Part shown: piece by piece, positions 52,784-63,493 of the stretch
Layout: each line of letters starts with the position of its first letter
Position numbering within the stretch: the first letter of the stretch is position 1
Assembly (NCBI GenBank): GCA_944363785.1
Contig: CALVVF010000004.1
Coordinates: 459-64,458 of the forward strand
Length of the DNA: 64,000 nt
From: an uncultured Bacilli bacterium
GTDB taxonomy: Bacteria; Bacillota_I; Bacilli_A; RF39; UBA660
Reading direction: 5' to 3'
Notes under the pieces: generated by a model
What the model was told of the DNA's origin: nothing
The model's input: only the letters and a program-made list of their open reading frames with translations
Database searches by the model: none
Program-made: the position numbers and the translations under genes

Positions 52784-53749
52784 ATGAACATACTAGATAA
52801 AGCCAAAGAACTAAGGAGAAAGATTAAATTCCATCAGACAATTTTTATTGTTGGTCATCAGAACTTAGATCTAGATGCGATTGGAAGTGCCTTAGGACTA
52901 TACAGTATTATAAAAAAGTACAGAAGAGAATCATACATTATTATTGATGATCAAGTTCACGAATTAGGAGTTCAAAAAATAATCAATGAACAACCAAAGA
53001 AAATATTTATTACAAGTGATGAAATAGAAACGAAAAAAAATAAAAAGAACTTGTTAATCATCGTGGATACCAATAAAACAAATTTGTTATCTAACCCTGA
53101 GATATTGACACATTTCGATGATATAGTAATTATCGACCATCACCAAACGAATAAACAAACGATTGATCGAGGCTTACTAATTATTGATCAAGAAGCATCT
53201 TCTACCTGTGAAATGATAACACAATTACTATCGCATTATCGAATCAAAATTTCACCTGAAATGGCAACGATTGTCTTATCGGGTATTGTATTAGACACTA
53301 GTAATTTTGTTTTAAAGACTCAGGCAAAAACATATTTTTCCGCCTATTATCTCGCTTCATATGGAGCTAATCCTAAAAAGGTACAGTATTACTTAAAACA
53401 AGATATCAAAGAATATATAGCTAGACAAAAAACAATTACTAATATTGAAGTAATTAAAGAAAAATATGCTGTAACTTCAGGAGGAGAAAAGGTTAAATAT
53501 AAAAGAGAAGAATTGGCCAAAATTGCCTCGACTTTACTGCAGTTTAACGGTATTGAAGCAAGCTTTGTAATCGGTAAAAGCCAAGATAATAAAATTGGCA
53601 TCAGTGCGCGCAGTGAAGGACGTTTAAATGTAGGAAAAATCATGGAAAAATTAGGTGGTGGTGGTGATCATCACGATGCCGCAACACAAATTGAAGGAAG
53701 TTCAATACAAGAAGTAAAAGAAAAATTGTTGGGAATATTAAACGAATAG
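52784..53749 (+). CDS. stand-alone DHH/DHHA1 phosphoesterase (GdpP catalytic-module-like or NrnA-like)
   Basis: DLDAIGS, DHHQT and GGGGDHHDAA motifs. It occupies the gdpP (yybT) position between rpsR and rplI but lacks the TM, PAS and GGDEF parts. Confidence 0.8.
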   Translation: MNILDKAKELRRKIKFHQTIFIVGHQNLDLDAIGSALGLYSIIKKYRRESYIIIDDQVHELGVQKIINEQPKKIFITSDEIETKKNKKNLLIIVDTNKTNLLSNPEILTHFDDIVIIDHHQTNKQTIDRGLLIIDQEASSTCEMITQLLSHYRIKISPEMATIVLSGIVLDTSNFVLKTQAKTYFSAYYLASYGANPKKVQYYLKQDIKEYIARQKTITNIEVIKEKYAVTSGGEKVKYKREELAKIASTLLQFNGIEASFVIGKSQDNKIGISARSEGRLNVGKIMEKLGGGGDHHDAATQIEGSSIQEVKEKLLGILNE

Positions 53750-53759
53750 GGGGATCTAA

Positions 53760-54200
53760 ATGAAAGTAATATTTATCAAAGATATGAAAAAGCAAGCCAA
53801 AAAAGGGGATATTAAAGAAGTAAAAGATGGGTATGCCAAAAATTATTTGATAAAGAATGGGTATGCCATTCAAATGACCGAAAAAAACTTAGAAGTCTTT
53901 AAAGAAGAAAAAAAACAACTTCAACAAATCGAAGATGAAAAAAGACAAAAAGCAATAGAGGAAAAAGAACAATTAGAAAAGTTAACCTTATTATTTAAAG
54001 TAAAAACAGGTGAACAAGATAAAGTATTTGGTAGCGTCAGTCCTAAACAAATTAAAGATGAATTACATAAAAAAGGATATAAAATAGAAAAAAGACAGAT
54101 AGAATTACTTAGTAATTTAACTACATTAGGTTATCATCAAGTAAAAGTAAATCTCTTTAAAGAAATAAACGCAACCATAAAAGTACAACTAGTCAAATAA
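53760..54200 (+). CDS. rplI: 50S ribosomal protein L9
   Basis: MKVIFIKDMKKQAKKGDIKEVKDGYAKNYL N-terminus. Confidence 0.95.
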   Translation: MKVIFIKDMKKQAKKGDIKEVKDGYAKNYLIKNGYAIQMTEKNLEVFKEEKKQLQQIEDEKRQKAIEEKEQLEKLTLLFKVKTGEQDKVFGSVSPKQIKDELHKKGYKIEKRQIELLSNLTTLGYHQVKVNLFKEINATIKVQLVK

Positions 54201-54216
54201 CATCAGGAGGTGTAAT

Positions 54217-55578
54217 ATGGCTACAAAAACTATACCTAATGATATCGTAGCAGAGCAATCCGTTTTGGGTGCTATGTTCTTGTCTAAACTAGCAATCGAA
54301 AAAGCAACAGAAAAGCTAACAACAAGAAGTTTTTACAGTGAAAAGAATGGAATTATTTTTTCTGTACTAGCTAATCTCTACGATAGAAAAGTTCCGATCG
54401 ATTTGACAACAGTTACTGCTGAATTAAATCAAACTAGTAAATTAAATGAAATTGGTGGAGTTGAATATTTAACAGAAGTTATTGATACTGTTCCAACCGC
54501 AGCTAATGTAGATTACTATATAAAAATAGTTGAAGATAATGCAATGCTTAGGGACGTTATTGAGACTTCTACTGAGATTGCTACTTTAGCTTACGAACAC
54601 GAAGGAGAAGTAACAGAAGTATTAGATCAAGTAGAAAGAAAAATCGTTGGGATTATCAAAAACCGTCGTAGTAGTGAATTTAGAAAAATTCAAGAAGTAT
54701 TAAATGACGTTCAAAAAAATTTAGAAAAATTAGCTCAGTCCAAAGGAGAAATTACTGGTATTCCAACAGGTTGGTACGAACTTGATAAACTAACCTCGGG
54801 ACTTCAAGAAAATCAACTAATTATTTTAGCAGCTCGTCCAGCAATGGGAAAAACCGCTTTTGCTTTGAATTTGGCTACTAATGTTGCGATCAATACGAAT
54901 AAAAGTGTTGCCATTTTCTCTTTAGAAATGGGAGCAGAGCAATTGGCTAGTCGTATTATTTCTTCTTTAGGACAAATTGAAGGCCAAAAACTAACGAATG
55001 GTAATTTACTTAACAATGATTGGAAACGAATTACTGAAGCCAAGAGTCAATTATCAGGAGCTAAATTATTTATCTCTGATGATGCCGGTGTAACCGTTGG
55101 AGAATTAAAAACGAAATGTCGTCGTTTAGCGACAAGCGAAGATGGTCTAGACTTAGTAATCATCGACCACTTACAACTCTTAACCATGGGTGGAAACTAT
55201 GGAAATAACCGTCAAGCAGAAATGACAGATATTTCTAGAAGTTTAAAAAAGATGGCTATGGAATTAAATATACCGGTAATTGCTTTAGCACAGCTTTCTC
55301 GTGGTGTAGAAAGTAGAGAAGACAAGCGCCCTAAAATGAGCGATTTAAGAGAATCTGGTTCGATAGAACAAGATGCCGATATCGTTGCTTTATTATATCG
55401 TGATGATTACTATCAAACGGTAAAAGATAGTAACGAAGCTCCTGATCCTAGTTTAAGTGAACTAATCATTGGTAAACATCGTAACGGTCCAACTGGAAAA
55501 ATAGATTTATTATTCCGAAAAAGCACTAGTACATTCTTAAACTTCATTAAAGATAGTAGAGGTGAAGAAAATGGATAA
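54217..55578 (+). CDS. dnaB: replicative DNA helicase (DnaB family; called DnaC in B. subtilis)
   Basis: ARPAMGKTAFALN Walker A, then IIDHLQL and SRGVESREDKRPKMSDLRESGSIEQDAD. Confidence 0.95.
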   Translation: MATKTIPNDIVAEQSVLGAMFLSKLAIEKATEKLTTRSFYSEKNGIIFSVLANLYDRKVPIDLTTVTAELNQTSKLNEIGGVEYLTEVIDTVPTAANVDYYIKIVEDNAMLRDVIETSTEIATLAYEHEGEVTEVLDQVERKIVGIIKNRRSSEFRKIQEVLNDVQKNLEKLAQSKGEITGIPTGWYELDKLTSGLQENQLIILAARPAMGKTAFALNLATNVAINTNKSVAIFSLEMGAEQLASRIISSLGQIEGQKLTNGNLLNNDWKRITEAKSQLSGAKLFISDDAGVTVGELKTKCRRLATSEDGLDLVIIDHLQLLTMGGNYGNNRQAEMTDISRSLKKMAMELNIPVIALAQLSRGVESREDKRPKMSDLRESGSIEQDADIVALLYRDDYYQTVKDSNEAPDPSLSELIIGKHRNGPTGKIDLLFRKSTSTFLNFIKDSRGEENG

Positions 55579-57112
55579 AAAAACAACTGCTTTGACTATA
55601 ATCGCACTCATAGTTACAGGTTTAATTGTGTATATGGGATCTAATCCCACTACCGCATTTGCTAAAATCTTAGGAATGTCCGCAAATACGAATCAACCAC
55701 GTCAACTTTATCATATTTATCTTGGTGGAGAATCGTTAGGTTTGATAGAATCACAAGAAGAATTGGAAAAATTTATTGATGAAAAACAGAGTGAAATCAA
55801 GAAGAAATATCAGGTAGACAAAGTATATGTTCCAAATGATTTGGACATTGTTCAAGAAATTACTTATAGTCAAGATATTTCAACTATCGAAGAAATTTAT
55901 CAAAAAATCCAAGAGAAAAAAGGTAGTGAAGCATTCACCATCGATGGCTATAAAATAGTAATTAATGGGATCGAAAAAGAAAGTGAAGGCGGAGAGACCA
56001 TTAAGACAGAGGATATAGTTCTATACGTCTTAGATAAAGAGATATTTACTAATTCCGTAGAGAAAACAATTACATCTTTTATCGATAATGAGAGCTATCA
56101 GAAATTTTTAACAGATACTCAAGAAGAAATTCAGGAAACCGGAACAATTATCGAAGATTTATATATTCAAAATAATATAAGTATCCATAAAGGTAGAATT
56201 CCAACTGAAGAAAAAATATATCTAACGGAAGATGAATTAAGTAAATACCTGTTATTTGGTACAACAGAAGATCAAGCGACATACGTTGTTCAAGAAGGGG
56301 ATACCATTGAAGATATTGCCTTTAATAATAAATTATCTCCTGAAGAATTTCTAATTGCTAATGCGGAGTACAGTTCATCATCAGACTTGTTATATCCTGG
56401 AAAAGAAGTAGTATTAGGTATTATTCAACCTCAGTTTGATACAGTTGAAGAGACCCATGTCGTATCTAAGAAAACAGTTGAAATTCAAACGGTTTATGAA
56501 GATGATCCTAATCAATATGTTGGCTATGAAAAAGTAAAACAAGAAGGTTCTGAAGGTTTAAGTTTAGTAACAGAAAAACAAAAACTTATAAATGGAGAAA
56601 TTACTACTGTCGTTCCTGTTTCAGAAGAAGTTTTAGTTCCAGCCGTCAATAAGGTTATCGTTCGTGGAACTAAAAAGCGTTCAAATACTTCTTCTCTTCC
56701 TAATCAAGAAGTACCAGTTGGTGTTGGTAGTTGGGTATGGCCAACAGTAGTGCCATATACAATTTCTAGTAGCTTTGGTTATAGATGGGGTAAATTACAT
56801 GAAGGAATCGATATTAGTGGTATCGGTCGTGGTTCCCCAATTAAAGCTGCCAATAATGGACTTGTTGTTCAATCAGGATATACAAGAACAAACGGAAACT
56901 ATATTGTTATTGCTCATAGTAATGGTTATTATACGATGTATGCACACATGAATTCTCGTATTCGTAAAGCTGGAGATGTCGTTATGGCAGGAGATCAAAT
57001 TGGAACAGCCGGAGATAGTGGTTTTGCAACAGGAGTTCACCTTCACTTTGCTATCTATCGAGGAATGCCATATCGTGGTGGAGTACCAATTAGTCCATTT
57101 ACTATTTTCTAA
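55571..57112 (+). CDS. secreted M23 peptidase with LysM and G5-like domains
   Basis: N-terminal TM anchor. LysM (YVVQEGDTIEDIAFNN), a G5-like segment (VGYEKVKQEGSEGL) and C-terminal M23 motifs (HEGIDISG, HLHFAIY). ATG 55571 after GAGGTG is preferred. Confidence 0.8.
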   Translation: MDKKTTALTIIALIVTGLIVYMGSNPTTAFAKILGMSANTNQPRQLYHIYLGGESLGLIESQEELEKFIDEKQSEIKKKYQVDKVYVPNDLDIVQEITYSQDISTIEEIYQKIQEKKGSEAFTIDGYKIVINGIEKESEGGETIKTEDIVLYVLDKEIFTNSVEKTITSFIDNESYQKFLTDTQEEIQETGTIIEDLYIQNNISIHKGRIPTEEKIYLTEDELSKYLLFGTTEDQATYVVQEGDTIEDIAFNNKLSPEEFLIANAEYSSSSDLLYPGKEVVLGIIQPQFDTVEETHVVSKKTVEIQTVYEDDPNQYVGYEKVKQEGSEGLSLVTEKQKLINGEITTVVPVSEEVLVPAVNKVIVRGTKKRSNTSSLPNQEVPVGVGSWVWPTVVPYTISSSFGYRWGKLHEGIDISGIGRGSPIKAANNGLVVQSGYTRTNGNYIVIAHSNGYYTMYAHMNSRIRKAGDVVMAGDQIGTAGDSGFATGVHLHFAIYRGMPYRGGVPISPFTIF

Positions 57113-57114
57113 TC

Positions 57115-57873
57115 ATGAAAATAAAAGTATTAGCGAGTGGTTCTAAAGGAAATGCCACTTATATTGAAACAAAAAAGAGTAAAATCTTAATTGACATTGG
57201 TATTACTTATCAGCATCTATCATCAGAACTATCCGCCATAGATCGAACACCAAAAGATCTAGATGCGATATTGATTACTCATACCCATTCTGATCATATT
57301 AAAGGGTTACAAGTACTTGTAAAAAAAACCAATATTCCTGTTTATGTGAGCGAAAAGATGATCGTCGAACTAAAAGAAAAAATTCCGATTACATCATGTC
57401 ATTACTTAGAAGAACACTTTTTCTTAAATGATATTGAAGTAGAACTTATCCATACTTCACATGATGTAGATTCTGTTGGTTATATATTATCTAATGAAGA
57501 TAAAAGTATTGTATATGTAACTGATACTGGCTATATCAATCGTCGTTATCTAAAACGAATGAAAAATAAAGATTTATACATAATGGAGAGTAATCACGAT
57601 GAGAAAATGTTAATGGATGGCCCTTATCCTTTTATACTTAAACAACGGGTTCTAAGTGATAAGGGTCACTTATCTAATCATACTACTGCCAAATATTTAC
57701 AAGAAATTGTTGGTGAGAAAACAAAGTGTATTGTTCTTGCTCATATCAGTGAAAATAATAATACTGAGGAATTAGCTTATCAAACGACTAAAGAAGTTTT
57801 AGATGAAAGTCATATAGATAAGCCAATTATCATTGCTCAACAGAATAAATCTTTAGAAGTAATAGAGGTATAA
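57115..57873 (+). CDS. MBL-fold metallo-hydrolase, YycJ/WalJ-like
   Basis: HTHSDH metallo-beta-lactamase motif. Confidence 0.8.
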   Translation: MKIKVLASGSKGNATYIETKKSKILIDIGITYQHLSSELSAIDRTPKDLDAILITHTHSDHIKGLQVLVKKTNIPVYVSEKMIVELKEKIPITSCHYLEEHFFLNDIEVELIHTSHDVDSVGYILSNEDKSIVYVTDTGYINRRYLKRMKNKDLYIMESNHDEKMLMDGPYPFILKQRVLSDKGHLSNHTTAKYLQEIVGEKTKCIVLAHISENNNTEELAYQTTKEVLDESHIDKPIIIAQQNKSLEVIEV

Positions 57874-57874
57874 A

Positions 57875-58330
57875 ATGATTAAAATAATTTGTGTTGGAAA
57901 ACTAAAAGAAAAATATTGGCAAGAAGCTTGCCAAGAATATCAAAAAAGAATGCAGAAATATACCAAACTAGAAATAATTGAAGTCATGGATGAAAAGAGT
58001 GATGATAAAGCGGTAGCTTTAGTAAAAGAAAGAGAGAGAATTGAGAAAGTATTAACCCCTAAAGATTATCTAATTACATTAGAAATTGAAGCACCACAAA
58101 TCGATTCTATAACTTTTTCTGAAAAAATAGATCAACTTCAAGGACAAAACAGTAATATTACGTTTCTAATTGGTGGTTCACATGGAATACATGATGATCT
58201 AAAGAAAAAAGCAAAAGAAAAACTTTCTTTCTCTAAGATGACATTCCCTCATCAACTATTTAGAATAATATTACTAGAACAAATCTACCGTAGTTATAAA
58301 ATCATGCATCATGAAAAGTATCACAAATAA
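57875..58330 (+). CDS. rlmH: 23S rRNA (pseudouridine1915-N3)-methyltransferase RlmH
   Basis: SPOUT-family protein of ~151 aa. MIKIICVGKLKEKYW N-terminus and IGGSHG motif. Confidence 0.88.
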   Translation: MIKIICVGKLKEKYWQEACQEYQKRMQKYTKLEIIEVMDEKSDDKAVALVKERERIEKVLTPKDYLITLEIEAPQIDSITFSEKIDQLQGQNSNITFLIGGSHGIHDDLKKKAKEKLSFSKMTFPHQLFRIILLEQIYRSYKIMHHEKYHK

Positions 58331-58336
58331 AAGACT

Positions 58337-58371
58337 AAGAATATAATTCTCATTGGATTATATTCTTTTTT
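58337..58371 (+). terminator. intrinsic terminator after rlmH
   Basis: AAGAATATAAT-N9-ATTATATTCTT followed by TTTTT. Confidence 0.7.
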
Positions 58372-58471
58372 ATATACTAGGAATTTGCTTAGCTAAAGGA
58401 TGAAATCAAGAAAAAAATTGAATTGGCATAATAAGAGGCTTACCTACATAAAATGTTACGGGTGATTGTAA

Positions 58472-59797
58472 ATGGAATTCTTGTTGGATATTCTATGGAG
58501 TGTCGCTACTGTTTGCCTCCTAGGAGGAGGATTTTATTTTTCGTGTTGTTTAAAGTTTCCACAACTTCACCTAATAAAAATTTTAAAAACATGCAAAAAT
58601 AAAAGTAAAAATACTATCTCCCCATTAGCAAGCCTAAGTATATCTTTAGCAGCAAGAATTGGAGTAGGCTCTTTAGCAGGAATTGCCATTGCTATATATA
58701 TCGGAGGACCTGGATCAATCTTTTGGATGTGGATAATCACTTTTATTACAGCAATTAATGCTTACTGTGAAAGCTACTTAGGAGCTAAATATCAAAAAAA
58801 AGATGGGGATGAATATAAAGGAGGACCAGCTTATTATATAGATAAGGGCTTAAAAAACAAACTTCTGGCAAAATGCTATGCTATTTTTATTATTTTAGCT
58901 TATGTTTTTGGCTTTATGACGATACAAGCGAATACTATTACTAAATCAATCAGTGATTTCTTACCCATTTCTCCTCTTATCATTGGAATATTGATTGCAA
59001 CACTATCAGGCATGATTATCATAAAAGGTTTAGACGGCATTGTCTCTGCAACTAGTAAAATTGTACCTTTAATGGGGATAAGTTATATTGCTGTATCCTC
59101 TTTTATTATCTTTAAGAATATTGACCAATTACCCGCTATTTTTAACTTAATTATTACTTCTGCTTTTAATGTTAAAGCAGCTGGTATGGGAATATTTTCT
59201 ACTTTTATCATTGGCATTCAGCGCGGAATTTTTTCAACGGAAGCAGGTTTAGGAAGTGGTGCAATCGCATCATCTACTTCCGCCGTAAATGATAAAGTTG
59301 GCTTAGGTTTATTACAAATATTAGGAATCTATTTTACTAGTTTTGTAATATGTACTTCTACAGCTCTATTAATACTTCTATCTGACTATCAAACCCTAAA
59401 CCTTACTAATTTAAATGGAATTGAACTGACTCAATATGCGTTAACTGAACACTTAGGTCAATTTGGAAATATATTTTTAATTCTATCTATTTTCTTATTT
59501 GCTTTTTCTACGATTATTGCAGGATATTATTATGGGGAAAGTAACTTAAAATATCTATTAAAAAAAGATAATCCAACTATGGTTAAAGCCCTAAAAGGAA
59601 TAACCATATTACTTCTACTTATAGGTAGTATTATAAGTCCTACTATATTATGGACAACAATAGATCTATTGGTCGTTTGTTTAGCGATTATGAATATGTA
59701 TAGTCTTTTAAAATTACGAAAAGAAATTATCCAAGATTATCGAAAATCACTATCCAAGTCCCAAGAATTATATTATAATAAAAACATTAGAAGTTAG
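58472..59797 (+). CDS. alanine/glycine:cation symporter (AGCS family)
   Basis: 441-aa polytopic protein with the GGPGSIFWMW motif. Confidence 0.8.
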   Translation: MEFLLDILWSVATVCLLGGGFYFSCCLKFPQLHLIKILKTCKNKSKNTISPLASLSISLAARIGVGSLAGIAIAIYIGGPGSIFWMWIITFITAINAYCESYLGAKYQKKDGDEYKGGPAYYIDKGLKNKLLAKCYAIFIILAYVFGFMTIQANTITKSISDFLPISPLIIGILIATLSGMIIIKGLDGIVSATSKIVPLMGISYIAVSSFIIFKNIDQLPAIFNLIITSAFNVKAAGMGIFSTFIIGIQRGIFSTEAGLGSGAIASSTSAVNDKVGLGLLQILGIYFTSFVICTSTALLILLSDYQTLNLTNLNGIELTQYALTEHLGQFGNIFLILSIFLFAFSTIIAGYYYGESNLKYLLKKDNPTMVKALKGITILLLLIGSIISPTILWTTIDLLVVCLAIMNMYSLLKLRKEIIQDYRKSLSKSQELYYNKNIRS

Positions 59798-59806
59798 GTG
59801 AAAAAG

Positions 59807-60469
59807 ATGATAGGAAATGATTGGGATACTGTTTTAAAAGAAGAAATGGAAAAAGATTATTTTCGAGAATTGATTGAAAAAGTAAAACTAGAATATAAGA
59901 AGCATACTGTATATCCACAATTAACAGAAATTTTCAAAGCTTTTCGTAATACCAGTTATAAAAATACTAAAGTAGTTATCTTAGGACAAGATCCTTACCA
60001 TGGAGAAAATCAAGCGGAGGGCTTATCTTTTTCTGTAAAAATTGGTATTCAACCCCCACCATCTCTTAAGAATATTTTTAAAGAATTACATGATGATTTA
60101 GGTTGCCCAATTCCGCCAAATGGTAGTTTAGTCTCTTGGACTAATGAAGGAGTACTCCTATTAAATAGTGTATTAACGGTAGAAGCTCATCAACCGATGT
60201 CACATAAAAATATCGGTTGGGAAAAATTTACTGATGCAGTAATTGAAAAATTAAATGAAAAGCAACAGCCAGTTGTCTTTATCCTATGGGGAAGTTACGC
60301 AAGAAGTAAAAAAAGTCTAATTACCAATCCTAATCATTGTATTATTGAATCGCCGCATCCATCACCTTTTTCCGCATACAATGGCTTTTTTGGTAGTAGA
60401 CCATTTTCTAAAACAAATAAATTTTTAGTCAGTAAAGGATTAACTCCAATTAATTGGGAAATCAAATAA
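59807..60469 (+). CDS. ung: uracil-DNA glycosylase
   Basis: VVILGQDPYH and HPSPFSA motifs. ATG 59807 after AGGTGA is preferred over GTG 59798. Confidence 0.93.
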   Translation: MIGNDWDTVLKEEMEKDYFRELIEKVKLEYKKHTVYPQLTEIFKAFRNTSYKNTKVVILGQDPYHGENQAEGLSFSVKIGIQPPPSLKNIFKELHDDLGCPIPPNGSLVSWTNEGVLLLNSVLTVEAHQPMSHKNIGWEKFTDAVIEKLNEKQQPVVFILWGSYARSKKSLITNPNHCIIESPHPSPFSAYNGFFGSRPFSKTNKFLVSKGLTPINWEIK

Positions 60470-60471
60470 AA

Positions 60472-60498
60472 AGAAAGTTAAACACTTTCTATTTTTTT
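60472..60498. terminator. bidirectional terminator between the convergent ung and lemA genes
   Basis: AGAAAGT-TAAAC-ACTTTCT flanked by A5 and T8 runs. Confidence 0.6.
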
Positions 60499-61034
60499 TC
60501 CTTTAAAATCTCAAAAATTTCTACTTTTTCATCGGCATAAAATTCTTTTCTTGAATAATGAAAGATGAGCGCAACTAAATTAGAAGGAAAACACTTAACC
60601 AATTTATTGTAAGAAATAATCGTATCATTATAATATTTTTTGGCTGCAACTAGATCATTCTCAATATCTGTCAAATCAAAATTAATTGTATTTAGATTTT
60701 CAATTTCTTTTAATCTAGATTCTAAATCAAGTAATCCCTTATATTCAGCCATTTCTTTTTCTAATTCTTTATTTAGCTCAAAATTATTTAAATTCTTATT
60801 CTTAATTTTTAATAGTCCCGAAAAAATTTGATCTTCTTGATATTTTGGATCAAATTCTTCAATAATTTTAGCTGTTCGTTCCAACAAAGTTAATTTCTTT
60901 TGTAAAAGAATATCAATATTGTTTTCCGCTTCACTGATTCTTATCCTAGCCATTTGAAATTTATTATAATAAATTACTTCGATTAAAAATAAGATAAGTA
61001 TTAATATTAATACACCAACGATTATATAATACAT
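60489..61034 (-). CDS. LemA family protein
   Basis: N-terminal TM helix and the YYNDTIISYNKLVKCFPSNLVA LemA signature. Confidence 0.8.
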   Translation of the reverse strand: MYYIIVGVLILILILFLIEVIYYNKFQMARIRISEAENNIDILLQKKLTLLERTAKIIEEFDPKYQEDQIFSGLLKIKNKNLNNFELNKELEKEMAEYKGLLDLESRLKEIENLNTINFDLTDIENDLVAAKKYYNDTIISYNKLVKCFPSNLVALIFHYSRKEFYADEKVEIFEILKEKK

Positions 61035-61133
61035 TGAACATCCCCTCGTATCCTATATCAAACATTTTAGCATTGTTTTCTAAATTAGTAAATTAGTTTA
61101 TAAGAAAAAGTGAATTCCTTAAAAAATTCACTT

Positions 61134-61481
61134 TTAAAAGTTAATATCTCCATCAAAAATTGCATAATTGATATAAACTAACCATAGTAGAATTGTTCTA
61201 CCATCATCATCTTTCAATAATAAATAATCTCTACCGTCCGCTAAAATAGTTCCTACAAAAACACGATCACGCCATTCTACTGAATCAGGATAAGAAAAAT
61301 AAACTGAAACTCGTTTACCATGGTTTTTAGAAAAAATAGTTTCTGCATAAGGAGGATTAGTCATCGGTTGTTGATTACCATTGTTATAACCTGGAAAATC
61401 AGTATAAGGTGGGTAAGTGCTTTGACTAGGAATTACATTGGGGTTGGTTGTTGCCATACGTGTGGAAAAATCTGGATTCAT
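61134..61481 (-). CDS. gerQ: spore coat protein GerQ/YwdL-like
   Basis: P/N/Q-rich N-terminus. The C-terminus KRVSVYFSYPDSVEWRDRVFVGTILADGRDYLLL...LVYINYAIF resembles GerQ. Confidence 0.55.
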   Translation of the reverse strand: MNPDFSTRMATTNPNVIPSQSTYPPYTDFPGYNNGNQQPMTNPPYAETIFSKNHGKRVSVYFSYPDSVEWRDRVFVGTILADGRDYLLLKDDDGRTILLWLVYINYAIFDGDINF

Positions 61482-61537
61482 TAAATCACCTTCCTATAAA
61501 ACTATATGAAGAAGGTAAAAAAATAATACAAAAATGA

Positions 61538-63493
61538 TTAATTTTGTTCTAGTAATTCATCAAATACCATATCAGTACTAGAGGGTTCAGTACCTTTGAT
61601 ATAATACATAATTTTCTTTTTCTCATCGCTTTCTACAGCAGGTTTACCGGTGATTGGATTGACTAGAACTCCAACGACATTACTTGGTTGTTTGTACCAG
61701 GCATCTTCTTGATCTTGTAAATAATTTTCCATGGATTCCACCCAAATATTACGAGAATATTTATAATCTGAAGCACTGATATCTCGATTATCATCGTATC
61801 CTACCCAAACAGCAGTAACTAAATTATGATTGTAGCCAATTGACCAATGGTCGGTATTGGTAGTTCCACTTTTTAGTGCCAATTTGTGTTTTATTTTTGG
61901 CGCTATACCAATTGCCGTAGGATAATTATAATCAATAAAAGTAGAATCATAAGTAGTTGTTAATAATTCACTTAAAATATAAGTTAAACTCTTATTCAAA
62001 ATATTTTCTTTTTCTTCTTTATATTCATAGAGAACATTTCCTTTTAAATCCTCTACCTTAGAGATTAAATGCCCCTTTACTTTGTATCCCTCGTTAGCAA
62101 AAGCGGAATAGGCGGCTGCCATTTCGATAATATTAATACTAGCTGTTCCTAATGGTAACGAAGGAATCTCTTCTAATTCTGCAGTAATTCCTAATCGTTT
62201 AGAGATATTAACTAAAGCATCTTCTCCTAAAAACATATGAGTTTTAACTGCATAGATATTATCGGAATAAGAAATCGCCGTAGCAAGAGAAATAGGTTTA
62301 TTTCCATACTGATCACCATAATTTTGAGGGGAATATGTTTGATTATTAGAAAAAGTAAAAGTAGTTGCTTCACTAGTAAAAGTAGTACTAGGGGTAAAAC
62401 CATTTTCTAAAGCTGCATAATATAAAAGTGGTTTCATCGTCGAACCAACTTGCCTTGCTGATTGATAGGCACGATTATATTGACTCTTATTATAGTCCTT
62501 TCCCCCAACTAAAGCGATTATATTTCCGTTATTAGGATCCATCATTACACTAGCTACTTGTAATTCAGTATCTTCTGTTAAATTATTTTTAATACTGTTT
62601 TCCAAAACGGATTGAGCTTTCATATCTAGATTTGTATAAATTTTAATTCCACCAGTTTCTAATAGTGAGTCAGGTATTTCTTCTAATGAGTTTAACTCCC
62701 GCATAACCGCATCTTGATAATACATAATATTCGCTAGTTCTTGAGAATTTTTCTCTCCAATAATATGTAACTCTTCATCGACCGCTTGATTATATTCTTC
62801 TTCTGAAAGTATTTCATTTTTATAAAGATTATATAAAATATTTACTTGTCTTTCTTTTGCTAATTCAAAATTGACAATTGGTGAATAATTAGAAGGAGAC
62901 TTTGGAATTCCTGTAAGCATAGCTGCTTCAGCCCAGTCAAGTTCTGAAGCATCTTTATCAAAATAAAACTTTGAAGCATTCTGGATACCATACATACCAT
63001 GACCATAATTAATTGTATTCAAATATCCTTCTAGGATTTCGTCTTTATCATAGTGTACTTCTAATTGTAAGGTAATCCACATTTCTTTTAACTTTCGCTC
63101 CCAGGTTTTATCAAAATCAAGGAATAGATTTCTCGCATACTGTTGAGATATAGTACTTGCTCCTTGACTTTTTGATTTTGAAGTAATATTGACATACATC
63201 GCTTTCGCAATCCGTAAAAAATCAAATCCAAAGTGCTGATAGAAGTGTTTATCTTCTGTATAGATAGTGGCTGTAATTAACTTATCTGAAATATGATCTA
63301 AATTTACCCATTCCTGTGAACCACTACCTTGAAAAAATAATTCATTTTGGTTATCATACATCAAAAAAGCATTCGCACTTTTAATTTCTAATTTTGGAGA
63401 CATTTTAATATAAAGAATAACTCCACCAAATGCTAAAAGACAAATAATGATCAATATAGAAAACCATTTGATTACTTTCTTTAACTTCTTCAT
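61538..63493 (-). CDS. bifunctional class A penicillin-binding protein (GT51 transglycosylase plus transpeptidase)
   Basis: N-terminal TM helix. EDKHFYQHFGFD and RKLKEMWITLQLE transglycosylase motifs, and STMKP transpeptidase active site. Confidence 0.9.
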   Translation of the reverse strand: MKKLKKVIKWFSILIIICLLAFGGVILYIKMSPKLEIKSANAFLMYDNQNELFFQGSGSQEWVNLDHISDKLITATIYTEDKHFYQHFGFDFLRIAKAMYVNITSKSKSQGASTISQQYARNLFLDFDKTWERKLKEMWITLQLEVHYDKDEILEGYLNTINYGHGMYGIQNASKFYFDKDASELDWAEAAMLTGIPKSPSNYSPIVNFELAKERQVNILYNLYKNEILSEEEYNQAVDEELHIIGEKNSQELANIMYYQDAVMRELNSLEEIPDSLLETGGIKIYTNLDMKAQSVLENSIKNNLTEDTELQVASVMMDPNNGNIIALVGGKDYNKSQYNRAYQSARQVGSTMKPLLYYAALENGFTPSTTFTSEATTFTFSNNQTYSPQNYGDQYGNKPISLATAISYSDNIYAVKTHMFLGEDALVNISKRLGITAELEEIPSLPLGTASINIIEMAAAYSAFANEGYKVKGHLISKVEDLKGNVLYEYKEEKENILNKSLTYILSELLTTTYDSTFIDYNYPTAIGIAPKIKHKLALKSGTTNTDHWSIGYNHNLVTAVWVGYDDNRDISASDYKYSRNIWVESMENYLQDQEDAWYKQPSNVVGVLVNPITGKPAVESDEKKKIMYYIKGTEPSSTDMVFDELLEQN

